Of a DNA stretch of 64,000 bases, positions 1 to 9,209 are shown in pieces; the stretch's first letter is position 1; each line of letters begins with the position of its first letter. Below the pieces are notes generated by a model. That model was given only the letters and a program-made list of their open reading frames with translations. It was not told the origin of the DNA and did not search any database. This stretch comes from Gemmatimonadota bacterium (GTDB taxonomy: Bacteria > JBHIER01 > G020348925). The stretch is from NCBI GenBank assembly GCA_020348925.1, contig CP070758.1, positions 496,001 to 560,000 of the forward strand, in the 5' to 3' direction. Position numbers and translations under genes: made by a program.

Positions 1-1062
1 GAGCACCATCTTTCTATCCGAAACACCGGGGTTAATAAAACGCTGATAAATGTCGCGCATGATATTCGTGGCAGGCACCAAAAGGAAACTGTTGGCCGTT
101 GAAATAATGATGGCCACGATGGAGGCAATTAAAATACACCCTATAGCCACCGGAACACCCTTGTGGGCTACAAGGAGAATAATCTTCCCCGATTCTGCCG
201 TACTGAGACCTTTGAAGTAGCTCGAGCCGACGACGGCCAGCGTCTGCAGTGCAATACCCAGAAGAATGACCCCGATCACCCAACCGACAACAGCCTTCCT
301 CGCCTCCCTGGGACTCTTCGCCGAAAAGAACCGCTGATACATATTACCGTTCCCCAAAGCCAGGAGGAGCGTTGGTACGAAGTACCCCATGGCCCGCACC
401 AGCGACATGTTGCCCAGAAAAGCATGCTTTCGAGGCGTGACATTGGCCACAATCTGCTCCATACCCCCCACGTGACTTATGAGAAAAGGAATAGCCAGAA
501 AGACACCACCTATTATAATGAGACCGTTGATGACATCGAGATAGGCCACAGAGATCATTCCCGCCGTGAGCGTATAAAAGACGACAAAGGCGGCCACCAG
601 GATCATGGCCGTCTCCACCCCCACCCTGCCGTCGGAGATAATATTGAGGACCCAACCTCCGCCGCGAAACTGGTAGCTGACAATGGTAACATAAGCAATT
701 ATAGTCGTCACCGTGGCCAGCAGCCTGGCCCATTGATTGTACCGTACCTCCAGAATATCAGGAACCGTATACTGTCCGAATTCCCGCACCCGACCGGCGA
801 TGAAAAAGACAATTATGATTCCTATCCACCCTCCAGCACTCCCGATTAATGAGGAATAGCCGTGATGGTAGCTCAAGTCAGCGACACTGAAGATGTCGCC
901 GGAGCCGATCCACGTAGCCAGAAGTGTCCCCACAAGGATTGGGGCCGTCAGTCTCCTTCCGGCCACCATAAAATCCTCCTGCGTCCTGGCCCGGAAGGAG
1001 AGCATCACCCCCACGGTGAAGAGGACGATGAGATAAGCGACAATTGTGTATAAATGGGTCAT
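1..1062 (-). CDS. Sodium:solute symporter (SSS) family protein, 3' end beyond the window
   Basis: Not in the ORF track. Manual translation from ATG 1062 gives MTHLYTIVAY...EDFMVAGRRL...LATWIGSG...YTVPDILEVRY...MYQRFFSAKS...IISTANSFLL, which are SSS family motifs; frame open to the window edge. Confidence 0.9.
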   Translation of the reverse strand, partial: MTHLYTIVAYLIVLFTVGVMLSFRARTQEDFMVAGRRLTAPILVGTLLATWIGSGDIFSVADLSYHHGYSSLIGSAGGWIGIIIVFFIAGRVREFGQYTVPDILEVRYNQWARLLATVTTIIAYVTIVSYQFRGGGWVLNIISDGRVGVETAMILVAAFVVFYTLTAGMISVAYLDVINGLIIIGGVFLAIPFLISHVGGMEQIVANVTPRKHAFLGNMSLVRAMGYFVPTLLLALGNGNMYQRFFSAKSPREARKAVVGWVIGVILLGIALQTLAVVGSSYFKGLSTAESGKIILLVAHKGVPVAIGCILIASIVAIIISTANSFLLVPATNIMRDIYQRFINPGVSDRKMVL

Positions 1063-1214
1063 ATTGAGTTACGTCGTTCGGTTACGGTGACGAGGCCTGT
1101 TTCGTACGAAGCACGCTTCGTTGAACGGTTACGGTGACGTTCCACCCTTGATCGCCCGGTATATGTACGTCGGGAAAATAATATTACAGGTGTGTATCCC
1201 TAATACGATTGCAA

Positions 1215-2210
1215 TCAACCAGGACTCTCCTCAACCATTTCTACCACTGGCTCCGCCTCCTTCAAGGTCTTGCTTTCCTTACGAACAACAAAGAAGAACC
1301 CCCCTATAAGGCTGACCGCAAGGGTAATTGCGTAGACCAGAAGGGCCAGGGAGAGGGCTTCGGCAGAACTCCTCTCTATTCTGGCCAACAGGAATACATA
1401 TCCCCCCTCTCTGAGACCAACGGCATTAATGGAAATCGGAATGAAGCCGACCAATCCAATCAGCGGCACAAATAATAAGAAATAGTAGAATTTAACGCCC
1501 AGCCCGAGAGTCAGGCTCACACAATAGACAAAGACCGCATTCATCAACTGATACACGATCGAAACAAAAAAGACGCCGCCCAGGGCATTCTTTGAGTCAC
1601 GGTAGAGTTTGAGACATCCGTGTAACTTTTTTATCCGCCGACCAAATTCGAGAAACTGAATTTCTTGAATCCATCTTTTCAGACCCCCCAAAGGCAAATC
1701 GTAAAATATCGAAACGAAAAGTATGAGTAAAAATCCCAGAAACACAAACACGACCAGAAAAAGCCTGGGCTTATAATCGATTCTTCCAACAAGGAGTAAT
1801 CCGATAAGGGCTAAGAAGACGATGGCAGTGAGCCCTATCACTCGCTCCATGAGCACTGACGCGGCGGACTCGGCCCTCCGCCCGCTCTTTCGGGCCAGAT
1901 CAAGGGTCCGCACAATATCCCCACCGATACTTGTGGGCAAAAAATTGTTGACGAAAAAACCGATGAAATAGTAGATCACCAGGCTGTGAACGGAAACCTT
2001 CATATGATGAGCGTACAGCAGGAGTCTCCAGCGGAAAGAGATGACAACAATCGAAGCGATGTAAGCAAGAACCGCAAGGAGAAGAAACTCAAATCTCGAT
2101 GCTTTGACCAAAGCCCAAATTTCAGAAAGATCCGTCTTCGACAGGAGAAAGACAAGGAGAGAAATGCCGACGGCTGCTTTCAGGAAGGTGGTGATGGCTC
2201 GCTTCATCAC
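1215..2210 (-). CDS. Lysylphosphatidylglycerol synthase TM / flippase-like (UPF0104) membrane protein
   Basis: RWRLLL, FVNNFLPTSIGGDIVR, SVLMERVIG and PISINAVGLREG motifs; multiple hydrophobic segments. Confidence 0.88.
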   Translation of the reverse strand: MMKRAITTFLKAAVGISLLVFLLSKTDLSEIWALVKASRFEFLLLAVLAYIASIVVISFRWRLLLYAHHMKVSVHSLVIYYFIGFFVNNFLPTSIGGDIVRTLDLARKSGRRAESAASVLMERVIGLTAIVFLALIGLLLVGRIDYKPRLFLVVFVFLGFLLILFVSIFYDLPLGGLKRWIQEIQFLEFGRRIKKLHGCLKLYRDSKNALGGVFFVSIVYQLMNAVFVYCVSLTLGLGVKFYYFLLFVPLIGLVGFIPISINAVGLREGGYVFLLARIERSSAEALSLALLVYAITLAVSLIGGFFFVVRKESKTLKEAEPVVEMVEESPG

Positions 2211-3298
2211 TTCTCCGTACCAGGTCCATTGTCAACCGGAAGCACATCGAGTGATCTCTCAACAGCTGCAAGCACATCTTCGACCGCAATGGATGTGAGA
2301 CACTCGAAGTTGAGGCCCGCCTTGCATTCGAGATGCTTCGTCGAATAGATGAAGCAGGGTTGGCAGGGAAGGTTCTTCTTCACGAGAACTCGTCTTTCCG
2401 TAAAGGGACCCACCCAGCGATCGTTCGTCGGACCGAAAATCGCCACAAGGGGAACTCCTATCGCTGCCCCGACGTGCATCACGCCGGAATCGTTCGTAAT
2501 CAGAAGGTTGCAGCGTTTGAGCAGAGCCGCCGTCTCTTTGACGGTGGTATCCCTGACAATGATAGGTTTGTGCCGGACTGTCTTGAGAATGAATGTATTG
2601 ACCTCTTGATCATGAGGACCTTCGAACAGGAGAAATTCGCAATTATATCTCTCTTTCAACTGGTCTATGAGTGCAGCGAATTTCGCTTTGTCCCAGCATT
2701 TGAAGTGCATGTCCTTCAACGTCGTGCTCCAGACGTGCATGCCGAAAACGTATGGCCACCGTGCCAGACCGTGCTCCTCCCAAAAAACCCCGGCCTTTTC
2801 AGTATCTTCTTTCGAGGGAAAGATCTCTAAGGTTGGTCTGAAATCCTCAGGACGCACGCCCAATAACTCCAACAGCCTCAAATTCTCCTCGACATTATGC
2901 AGTTCGTCCGATTCGAGGATCGTTTTGTGATTTAAAAAAGGAAAATGGATGAGGTTCTGGTGCTTGTAGCGGTGCCCCAGCCGCAGTTTGGCCCCGGCCA
3001 AGAAACTGACCATATTGTATTGCAGCCGATTGGCCGGAAAGGCAATAATGCTCATATCGAACCGCTCCTTGCGGAGGCGCACCATGAATTTCAGGGACTT
3101 GACAGATCCCTCCTTGAGAAATTCCCACAGAATGACTTCATCGAGGTTCGGGTTGCCATCAAGAACATCGAACGAACTCTTGTACATGACAAGGGCTTTG
3201 ATCTGGGCGTCGGGGAAATGGTCCCGCAGCACCTTCAGGGCCGGGGTGAACATGAGCGTATCGCCCAAGCCCGGCAGACAGAGTACGAGTATTTTCAT
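2207..3298 (-). CDS. Glycosyltransferase family 9 (heptosyltransferase-like)
   Basis: MKILVLCLPGLGDTLMFTP N-terminus and ITNDSGVMHVGAAIGVPLVAIFGPT motif; start placed at MKIL. Confidence 0.92.
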   Translation of the reverse strand: MKILVLCLPGLGDTLMFTPALKVLRDHFPDAQIKALVMYKSSFDVLDGNPNLDEVILWEFLKEGSVKSLKFMVRLRKERFDMSIIAFPANRLQYNMVSFLAGAKLRLGHRYKHQNLIHFPFLNHKTILESDELHNVEENLRLLELLGVRPEDFRPTLEIFPSKEDTEKAGVFWEEHGLARWPYVFGMHVWSTTLKDMHFKCWDKAKFAALIDQLKERYNCEFLLFEGPHDQEVNTFILKTVRHKPIIVRDTTVKETAALLKRCNLLITNDSGVMHVGAAIGVPLVAIFGPTNDRWVGPFTERRVLVKKNLPCQPCFIYSTKHLECKAGLNFECLTSIAVEDVLAAVERSLDVLPVDNGPGTEK

Positions 3299-3379
3299 TG
3301 CCCGGAAGTCAGCCTGACAAACAAAGTATGAACGCACAAAAGAAACAACGTACCATTCACAAAAAAGAAGAGGCGAAGG

Positions 3380-4129
3380 CTACCGATTCGCCTCAATCTC
3401 AATAAATACCGTTGACCCGAATTTGTTGACAATAGGAATCCTGTCCAGGATACCGCTCAGTTTCACGTCCACTGATGAGTTCTTAAAAAGGCGCAGCGGC
3501 GGAAGTCGAAAGACCAGTATGGTATCGATTTTAACGGTACAATCTTTTTCGAAGGCCCGCCGCACGGCCTTGATGTCAACCTGGGATTCGCCGGGAGTGA
3601 AGCAACCGATGAGCCATTTTACAAACCGTACTCCCAGGATCTTTATGACCAGGAGTCTCAAATTATAGTAAAAAAAGTTTAAACTGCGGCGATGTGGCTC
3701 GCAGACAAATACGTGTCCTCCCCGACGCAACACGCGCCTCACTTCCTCAAGGCAGGCGCTCTGATCCACCAAATGATGCAGGACTCCAATGAGAAGGACA
3801 AGATCGAAACGATTATTCGCAAAAGGGAGTATCTCACCGTCGCACACAACCAACCCCCGGCGCAACGGATTCTGATTGAGGAGAGAAAAGACATAATCGG
3901 AGGCGACAAAGAGGTTGTCCCTGTCAAACTGTTGCTTGAACTCGCTCACACCGGCGCCAATTTCGAGAATATTCGTATCTTTCAAGCGAAAGCGTGCCAA
4001 TCGCCGGTGAACCTCCTCCTTGAGCCGTTTCGTGTAAGGCCGATCCATGAGCTCCTGGTAGGATTCGACATCACCGAAGGCGTCTCTTTCGGCACGCTTT
4101 CTCTCCTGTGTGCGGTCTCTTTCCTCCAA
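3380..4129 (-). CDS. Class I SAM-dependent methyltransferase
   Basis: ILEIGAG motif I, LPFANNRFDLV, VLHH and EVRRVLRRGG. Confidence 0.9.
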   Translation of the reverse strand: MEERDRTQERKRAERDAFGDVESYQELMDRPYTKRLKEEVHRRLARFRLKDTNILEIGAGVSEFKQQFDRDNLFVASDYVFSLLNQNPLRRGLVVCDGEILPFANNRFDLVLLIGVLHHLVDQSACLEEVRRVLRRGGHVFVCEPHRRSLNFFYYNLRLLVIKILGVRFVKWLIGCFTPGESQVDIKAVRRAFEKDCTVKIDTILVFRLPPLRLFKNSSVDVKLSGILDRIPIVNKFGSTVFIEIEANR

Positions 4130-4198
4130 TAACAGGTTTCCTTTCGATCACCCACTCACCTATTCGACGCTCAGTGTCACTGGAGAGAGGCTCTGATA

Positions 4199-6751
4199 TC
4201 ATTGAGGTGATGTATCCGGCGGTGCGGTGGCCGGTTCGCTCAGCTTTTGCTCGTATTCCTTCAGCTTTTTCTGCATAGCGGTATCATTGGGATTTCGTGC
4301 CAGCCAGCCGCGGAGCACATTGATTGCCTGAACGTAGTCTTGACTTCCGGCGTAGAGCTCCGCCAAACCTTGATAGGCTTGACCGAAATTGGGTCTCTCC
4401 TCGATCACTTCTCTGTATGTTTCCACGGCTTCCTGCACTTTGTTCGCCCTTTGTTGCAGCAGGGCCAGATTTATTTTCCCCTGAATGAAACCGGGATTGA
4501 ACTGGAGCGATTTTTTGGTCTGATCAATCGCCTTCTCCCATTCTCCCATATTTGTGTAGAGCTGAGCCATGAAGATATACGTCCGCCAATCATCAATTGG
4601 AATGAGCTCATTAAGGCGTTCCAGTTCCTTGAGGGCAGCATCATTTTTACCCCGCTGCATATAAATCTGGGCCAGGTAGATGTAAGAAGCCTGGTAATTG
4701 GAGAGCAGCTTCATCGTCTGCTCGTCCTTGTATATTTTCGGATCGTTCACCCCCCGATAGAGGTACATATCCCACAGATTGTAATGGGAGCGTTCGGGAT
4801 CCAATTGCTCCAAGCCTTCCTCCTGAACCAATCGCAGAACGAGCCCCTCCATTCTGAGATATTTGTCCAAATTGATCTTGTTTTCCGGAGAAACGGTGAC
4901 GGCAAAGTAGATGGGCCGTTCCCACCTGTTCTGCTCAATGATCCGCATCACCATAATGTCCTGGACCGTCAGGTATCCGTATTGTCTCCCTTGAAAGGTG
5001 ACCTCGCGGGAGGGTTTGAGATCCCAGGTGAGACCTGACACGGATACCTTTCGCGTCTCCTCCTGAAAGAGCCGATCCGGAGTCGTTACTGTCAGCTTGG
5101 TATCGATGTACTCATCGTCCTTGTTGATCGGCACCTTCGGTTCGTAGTCCCTCAACTGCTTGATATACCATGGGGTGTTGAGCAAGCTGAGGTTGACGAC
5201 GCGAACATCCTTTCGAATTTCCTTCACCTCCTGCAAGAACCACAGGGGAAAGGTATCGTTGTCGCCGTTGGTAAAAAGAATGGCGTCGGGATCGCAGGAG
5301 ATGAGGATGTTGTAAGCATAGTCATGGGCAATATAATTACCCGTGCGATCGTGAACGTGATAATTCTGGAAGAGGGGCACACAGGAGAATGCGATGCAGC
5401 ACGCGGCACCTCCGTAAAGCGTCCCCCGGCCCGCTTTCAATCGAGACCGCAGCAATTCCAAGAGCCCGGATGCTCCGATGCCCAACCACAGGGGGTAAAA
5501 GGCATAGGCCTGGGTGTAGAAATAGTCCCTGTCCCTCACCTCCAATTGGTCACCCCGCGTGCCATCGGAAAAGTTAATATATATCAGTAATAAGAGACTC
5601 GCCGTGAGAAAGAACGAGAGGGTGAACATGGCCGTTCTCCGGTGGCGCTTCCAGTGATAGGCCATCCCGAAGAGACCCAACAGAACCGGAAGAAACCACA
5701 GCTCCTTGCTCATGTACTGTCCCCTGAAAAAATACCAGAATCCCATCCGTCGGTGAGCCCCAAACTGGTTCGCCCAACTCCCTCGTCTGTGGAACATCCG
5801 GGTCACCATACTCTCCTGACCGTACTGCTTCCGCTCCATGAACATCTTGTATCGCTCCCAGCTGTCCGGGTTATTCTCATTGATGGATGGACCGAGTTTG
5901 GCACGAATGGGAATGTAGAGATACGTCGAATACCCGATGAGGGCAATGAGAAAGGCAAAACCCAGGTATTTCCAGTTGAAACTGGTCTGCCGGGGACTCA
6001 TGAGCATCACCAGCAGTGTCAGAGCCAAAGCCACACCGCACAAGATGAAGAATATCATGATGGAGAAGAGCACGGTGGACAGGAGAATTCCGATGACCCA
6101 GAGTTTCCAATCGTACAGCTTCTCCCTGTCAGTCAGGATAATGTACAGAAAGACCGGAGGGGCCACAATAAAAACGGTCATATGATTGGTGATACCCAGA
6201 AAGAGGAGATAAATGACAAAAAACAGAAATCGGTCGCTGTCCCTTTCCTTGTACCGTTCGGCCCAGACGAGAATGAGCCACAGGACGAAACAGGTGAAAA
6301 ACATGGCGATACCGTAAACTTCCGCCTCCGCGGCATTAAACCAGTAGGTATCTGAAAAGGTCATGAAGAGGGAGGCCACAATGCCGCCCGTGTACAGAAT
6401 AATCCTCTTTTCGGTGGAATCGATGGGTCTCAGCCACTGCGACATGATTCGAATCGTACAGAGATAGAAAAAGGTCACAGCAAGGGCGCAAAACACAACC
6501 GAAATGAGATTGACTCTGAGGGCGATCTCTCGAATAAAAGGCAGAACAAGGATAAAGAATCGTCCCACCAGGATAAAGAGTGGAGCTCCGGGCGGATGAG
6601 GGACTCCCATAATATGGGAAGTGGCAATAAACTCACCACAGTCCCAAAAGGGAACACTGGGTGACACCGTTTTTAAATAGGTAGCAAAGGGTATTACAAA
6701 TAGGATCAAGGCGATGATTCGATTCCTTTTCCGTTCTGCCTTCTCATTCAT
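4199..6751 (-). CDS. DUF2723 (TMEM260-like) multi-pass membrane protein with C-terminal TPRs, putative GT-C glycosyltransferase
   Basis: FWDCGEFIA...GVPHPPGAP, AEAEVY, RDRDYFY, LFTNGDNDTFPLW, VNLSLLNTPWY motifs; TPR-like helices at the C-terminus. Confidence 0.88.
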   Translation of the reverse strand: MNEKAERKRNRIIALILFVIPFATYLKTVSPSVPFWDCGEFIATSHIMGVPHPPGAPLFILVGRFFILVLPFIREIALRVNLISVVFCALAVTFFYLCTIRIMSQWLRPIDSTEKRIILYTGGIVASLFMTFSDTYWFNAAEAEVYGIAMFFTCFVLWLILVWAERYKERDSDRFLFFVIYLLFLGITNHMTVFIVAPPVFLYIILTDREKLYDWKLWVIGILLSTVLFSIMIFFILCGVALALTLLVMLMSPRQTSFNWKYLGFAFLIALIGYSTYLYIPIRAKLGPSINENNPDSWERYKMFMERKQYGQESMVTRMFHRRGSWANQFGAHRRMGFWYFFRGQYMSKELWFLPVLLGLFGMAYHWKRHRRTAMFTLSFFLTASLLLLIYINFSDGTRGDQLEVRDRDYFYTQAYAFYPLWLGIGASGLLELLRSRLKAGRGTLYGGAACCIAFSCVPLFQNYHVHDRTGNYIAHDYAYNILISCDPDAILFTNGDNDTFPLWFLQEVKEIRKDVRVVNLSLLNTPWYIKQLRDYEPKVPINKDDEYIDTKLTVTTPDRLFQEETRKVSVSGLTWDLKPSREVTFQGRQYGYLTVQDIMVMRIIEQNRWERPIYFAVTVSPENKINLDKYLRMEGLVLRLVQEEGLEQLDPERSHYNLWDMYLYRGVNDPKIYKDEQTMKLLSNYQASYIYLAQIYMQRGKNDAALKELERLNELIPIDDWRTYIFMAQLYTNMGEWEKAIDQTKKSLQFNPGFIQGKINLALLQQRANKVQEAVETYREVIEERPNFGQAYQGLAELYAGSQDYVQAINVLRGWLARNPNDTAMQKKLKEYEQKLSEPATAPPDTSPQ

Positions 6752-6987
6752 GATTCGTTGTTCCTCCGGCTCTGCGTTTTAAAAACAAATATATGGTCAC
6801 TGTTTCTTCAAAAATCGAAAAAGATCTTTAAATATAGATGTGAAATAGAAAAGAATCAAGAGGAGACTTAAAAAAGAGTCTCCTCGAATAGGGTCCAGTC
6901 TGCAGCAGATGACTTTCTCAACGGAGACCCTTGTCCGCATTGGCAGAAGGTCGTATATTAGAGACGGATTCACAAGGGAAATGTTCA

Positions 6988-7386
6988 ATGCTGATAAAAC
7001 TGATCCTCTTATTTACCCTCATACCCCTTGTCGAGCTGGCTCTTCTCATTGAGGTCGGTTCGCGCATAGGCATCGGTGCCACCCTGGCCATCGTCATTGC
7101 CACCGGCGTGCTGGGGGCCGTCCTCGCCAAAAGTCAGGGGCTGGCGATTCTCCACCGCATACGAAATGAAATCTCTACCGGTCAGCTTCCGGCTGACGCT
7201 CTCTTCGACGGAGCACTTATTTTAGCGGGAGGCCTTTTGCTTCTCACCCCAGGTCTGCTCACCGATGCCCTCGGATTTTCCTGCCTCATCCCTTTCTCCA
7301 GGAGGGGGATCAAAGATTGGCTGCGGCGCAAGATACAGCTCAGGCTGGAACTCCGCAGGGGCCATTTCCCAGGTGAAAAAGAGTGA
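6988..7386 (+). CDS. fxsA: FxsA family membrane protein
   Basis: LFTLIPLVELALLIEVG...LAKSQG...GGLLLLTPGLLTDALG; start placed at ATG 6988. Confidence 0.9.
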   Translation: MLIKLILLFTLIPLVELALLIEVGSRIGIGATLAIVIATGVLGAVLAKSQGLAILHRIRNEISTGQLPADALFDGALILAGGLLLLTPGLLTDALGFSCLIPFSRRGIKDWLRRKIQLRLELRRGHFPGEKE

Positions 7387-7400
7387 GGAAAACCGAAAGA

Positions 7401-7616
7401 CTACCGATTCTTATACGTTTCAAGAAACCGCCGAACGGACCGATCGTAGGTTCTCTCAACTTCAGCGGGGAAAAAGCACCCCGGGAGCTCGTTGGCCCGC
7501 AGATGATAGGCCACGCATTCACAACACAACCCTTTCCTGCTGCATGGGTCGTAAGTACATGTGCAGCTGGCCTTGTGCTCCTCAACTTTATCGCAACGCA
7601 TCTCTTGAACCTCCAT
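7401..7616 (-). CDS. Small Cys-rich protein (DUF6485-like)
   Basis: CTCTYDPCSRKGLCCECVAYH...ELPGCFFP..ERTYDRS pattern. Confidence 0.75.
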   Translation of the reverse strand: MEVQEMRCDKVEEHKASCTCTYDPCSRKGLCCECVAYHLRANELPGCFFPAEVERTYDRSVRRFLETYKNR

Positions 7617-7953
7617 ATTAACAAGTTTTTACACCATTGTACATTGTACGAAGAGAGGTCTCTATCGCCCGAACTCTTGAGAGCGATTGTTCTCCTGTCG
7701 ATTCTGTACATCATTTAAATTTAAACTCACGTACGTTTGATGAAGTTTCAATATCAAGTTTTTTGAAAGAAAATGCCTCATCCACCAATTTTGGTCAAAT
7801 AACCCTGGTATCTGTTCAAATTAGGACACATCAAAAAGAATCGAATTCTTTTTTAAATAATATAATTTTAATAACTTATACAATATCGTACCACCACATC
7901 AATCCAAAAATCAGAATTAGAAGACTCGTTACGAAAAAAGTTGAACTTTTATC

Positions 7954-7981
7954 TTGACACAAAATTGTAAAAGGATATATT
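7954..7981 (+). promoter_or_regulatory. Sigma70-type promoter
   Basis: TTGACA 7954-7959, 16-nt spacer, TATATT 7976-7981. Confidence 0.55.
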
Positions 7982-7988
7982 TAATCAT

Positions 7989-8373
7989 TGCGATGACAGA
8001 AAGGCGGATTTTTTTTTGCACACACCCCAGTTACAAATCTTATGAATTACCGTTCTTCTGTTGTCGGAGACTTGTAAGATTGAACTGGGTTTTTTTCTGT
8101 GCGCGGGAACACCTTACGAAGAAATCATAGACGCCTTCCATTGTCATGAATTAATGGGAGAACGGTCTGAGACCATCTCTCCAATGTGTCGATGAACCAA
8201 CGTATTGGTTATTTAAAAAAAAGCAGAAAAAAAAAGCTGCCTTTTTCGGAGCAGCTTCGAATAACTTCTCTATGAATTTTTACAATGCGATGACAAACAG
8301 ACAGAATGTATCGTCTGCACAATATTCTTCCCCAGTCGATGGCCTGCTCATGGACCGCCTGTCTGTCATCGCA
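7989..8373 (+). ncRNA. Candidate structured RNA closed by a 19-bp terminal inverted repeat, family unknown
   Basis: 7989-8007 is complementary to 8355-8373 at 18/19 positions; internal long hairpin 8026-8089; begins at the predicted transcription start. Confidence 0.4.
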
Positions 8374-8619
8374 CGCAACAGAGGCATGGGTGGCCGTCGG
8401 CTGGGACCACATAGAATGTGTAGGAATAATAAAGCAACTTTTATGCCAAACGAATTCATGAATATCGAGACTTTCGCAACAGCATCTAAATTCATGATGT
8501 TAGTTCCATATTATAAAAAGCACGTTCATGTCACAGCTTGAGTATTTGCCCCAAATTCTGGGGGAAATGACTTCAGCATTCAAAAAGAACCATGATATAA
8601 CAAAATTGAACAATTAAAT

Positions 8620-8700
8620 CGAACGATAAAGGTAAACCTCGAGTGATCGGGGGACACAAAGCAAACGGATCTCAAAGAGATGGCCGGGCTGCCGAAGTCC
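8620..8700 (+). promoter_or_regulatory. Cyclic di-GMP-I (GEMM) riboswitch
   Basis: AAGGTAAACCTCGA-GTGA-TCGGGGGACACAAAGC...GGCCGGGCTGCCGAA: GNRA loop, covarying U-A pair in P2, G20/A47/C92 equivalents intact; TGnTATAAC upstream and a U-tract downstream before the gene at 8764. Confidence 0.88.
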
Positions 8701-8763
8701 GAAGGTAGGTAAGGGAGCTCGGTCTTTTTATTTGAAATTTTTAACAAACAAGGAGGTTCTTTC

Positions 8764-9109
8764 ATGAAACGAGTGGTAGGATGTGTTGGAGTCATTTCCC
8801 TCCTGGTGACAGTTTTAAGCGCCAGTGTAAGCCGTGCCCAGACCGCACCCACGGTCAACGGTCTCTTCTACGGCGACGGAGACACACTCAACTACTATCT
8901 CCTCGCCGAGGAAATCGACGGTCGCGGTTCCCTCTACTACAACCTTGTGGGAGATACCCTCTACATTGCCATGGTCGTGGACGCCACAGTCAATGACAAT
9001 GTCTTCGGGACGAAAACATTGGACGACTCCTATATGCTGAGTGCCAATTGGTCCGCTATCCATTTTGCCGATCGCTTGATCGGCTCCGACAACATGGAAT
9101 TTGTGCTGA
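8764..9109 (+). CDS. Secreted hypothetical protein, truncated at gap
   Basis: AAGGAGG RBS, signal peptide ending SRA-Q; frame runs into the N gap. Confidence 0.8.
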
Positions 9110-9209
9110 NNNNNNNNNNNNNNNNNNNNNNNNNNNNNNNNNNNNNNNNNNNNNNNNNNNNNNNNNNNNNNNNNNNNNNNNNNNNNNNNNNNNNNNNNNN
9201 NNNNNNNNN

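Noticed and set aside
163-849. 228-aa plus-strand ORF and similar long antisense ORFs (e.g. 4247..5038, 9992..10954, 26312..27088)
   Set aside because: Shadow frames of well-supported genes, with no recognisable motifs.
7989-8373. Retron msr-msd
   Set aside because: The terminal inverted repeat fits, but there is no reverse transcriptase downstream on the same contig.
8620-8700. cGAMP-selective GEMM-Ib variant
   Set aside because: The position-20 equivalent is G, which indicates c-di-GMP.
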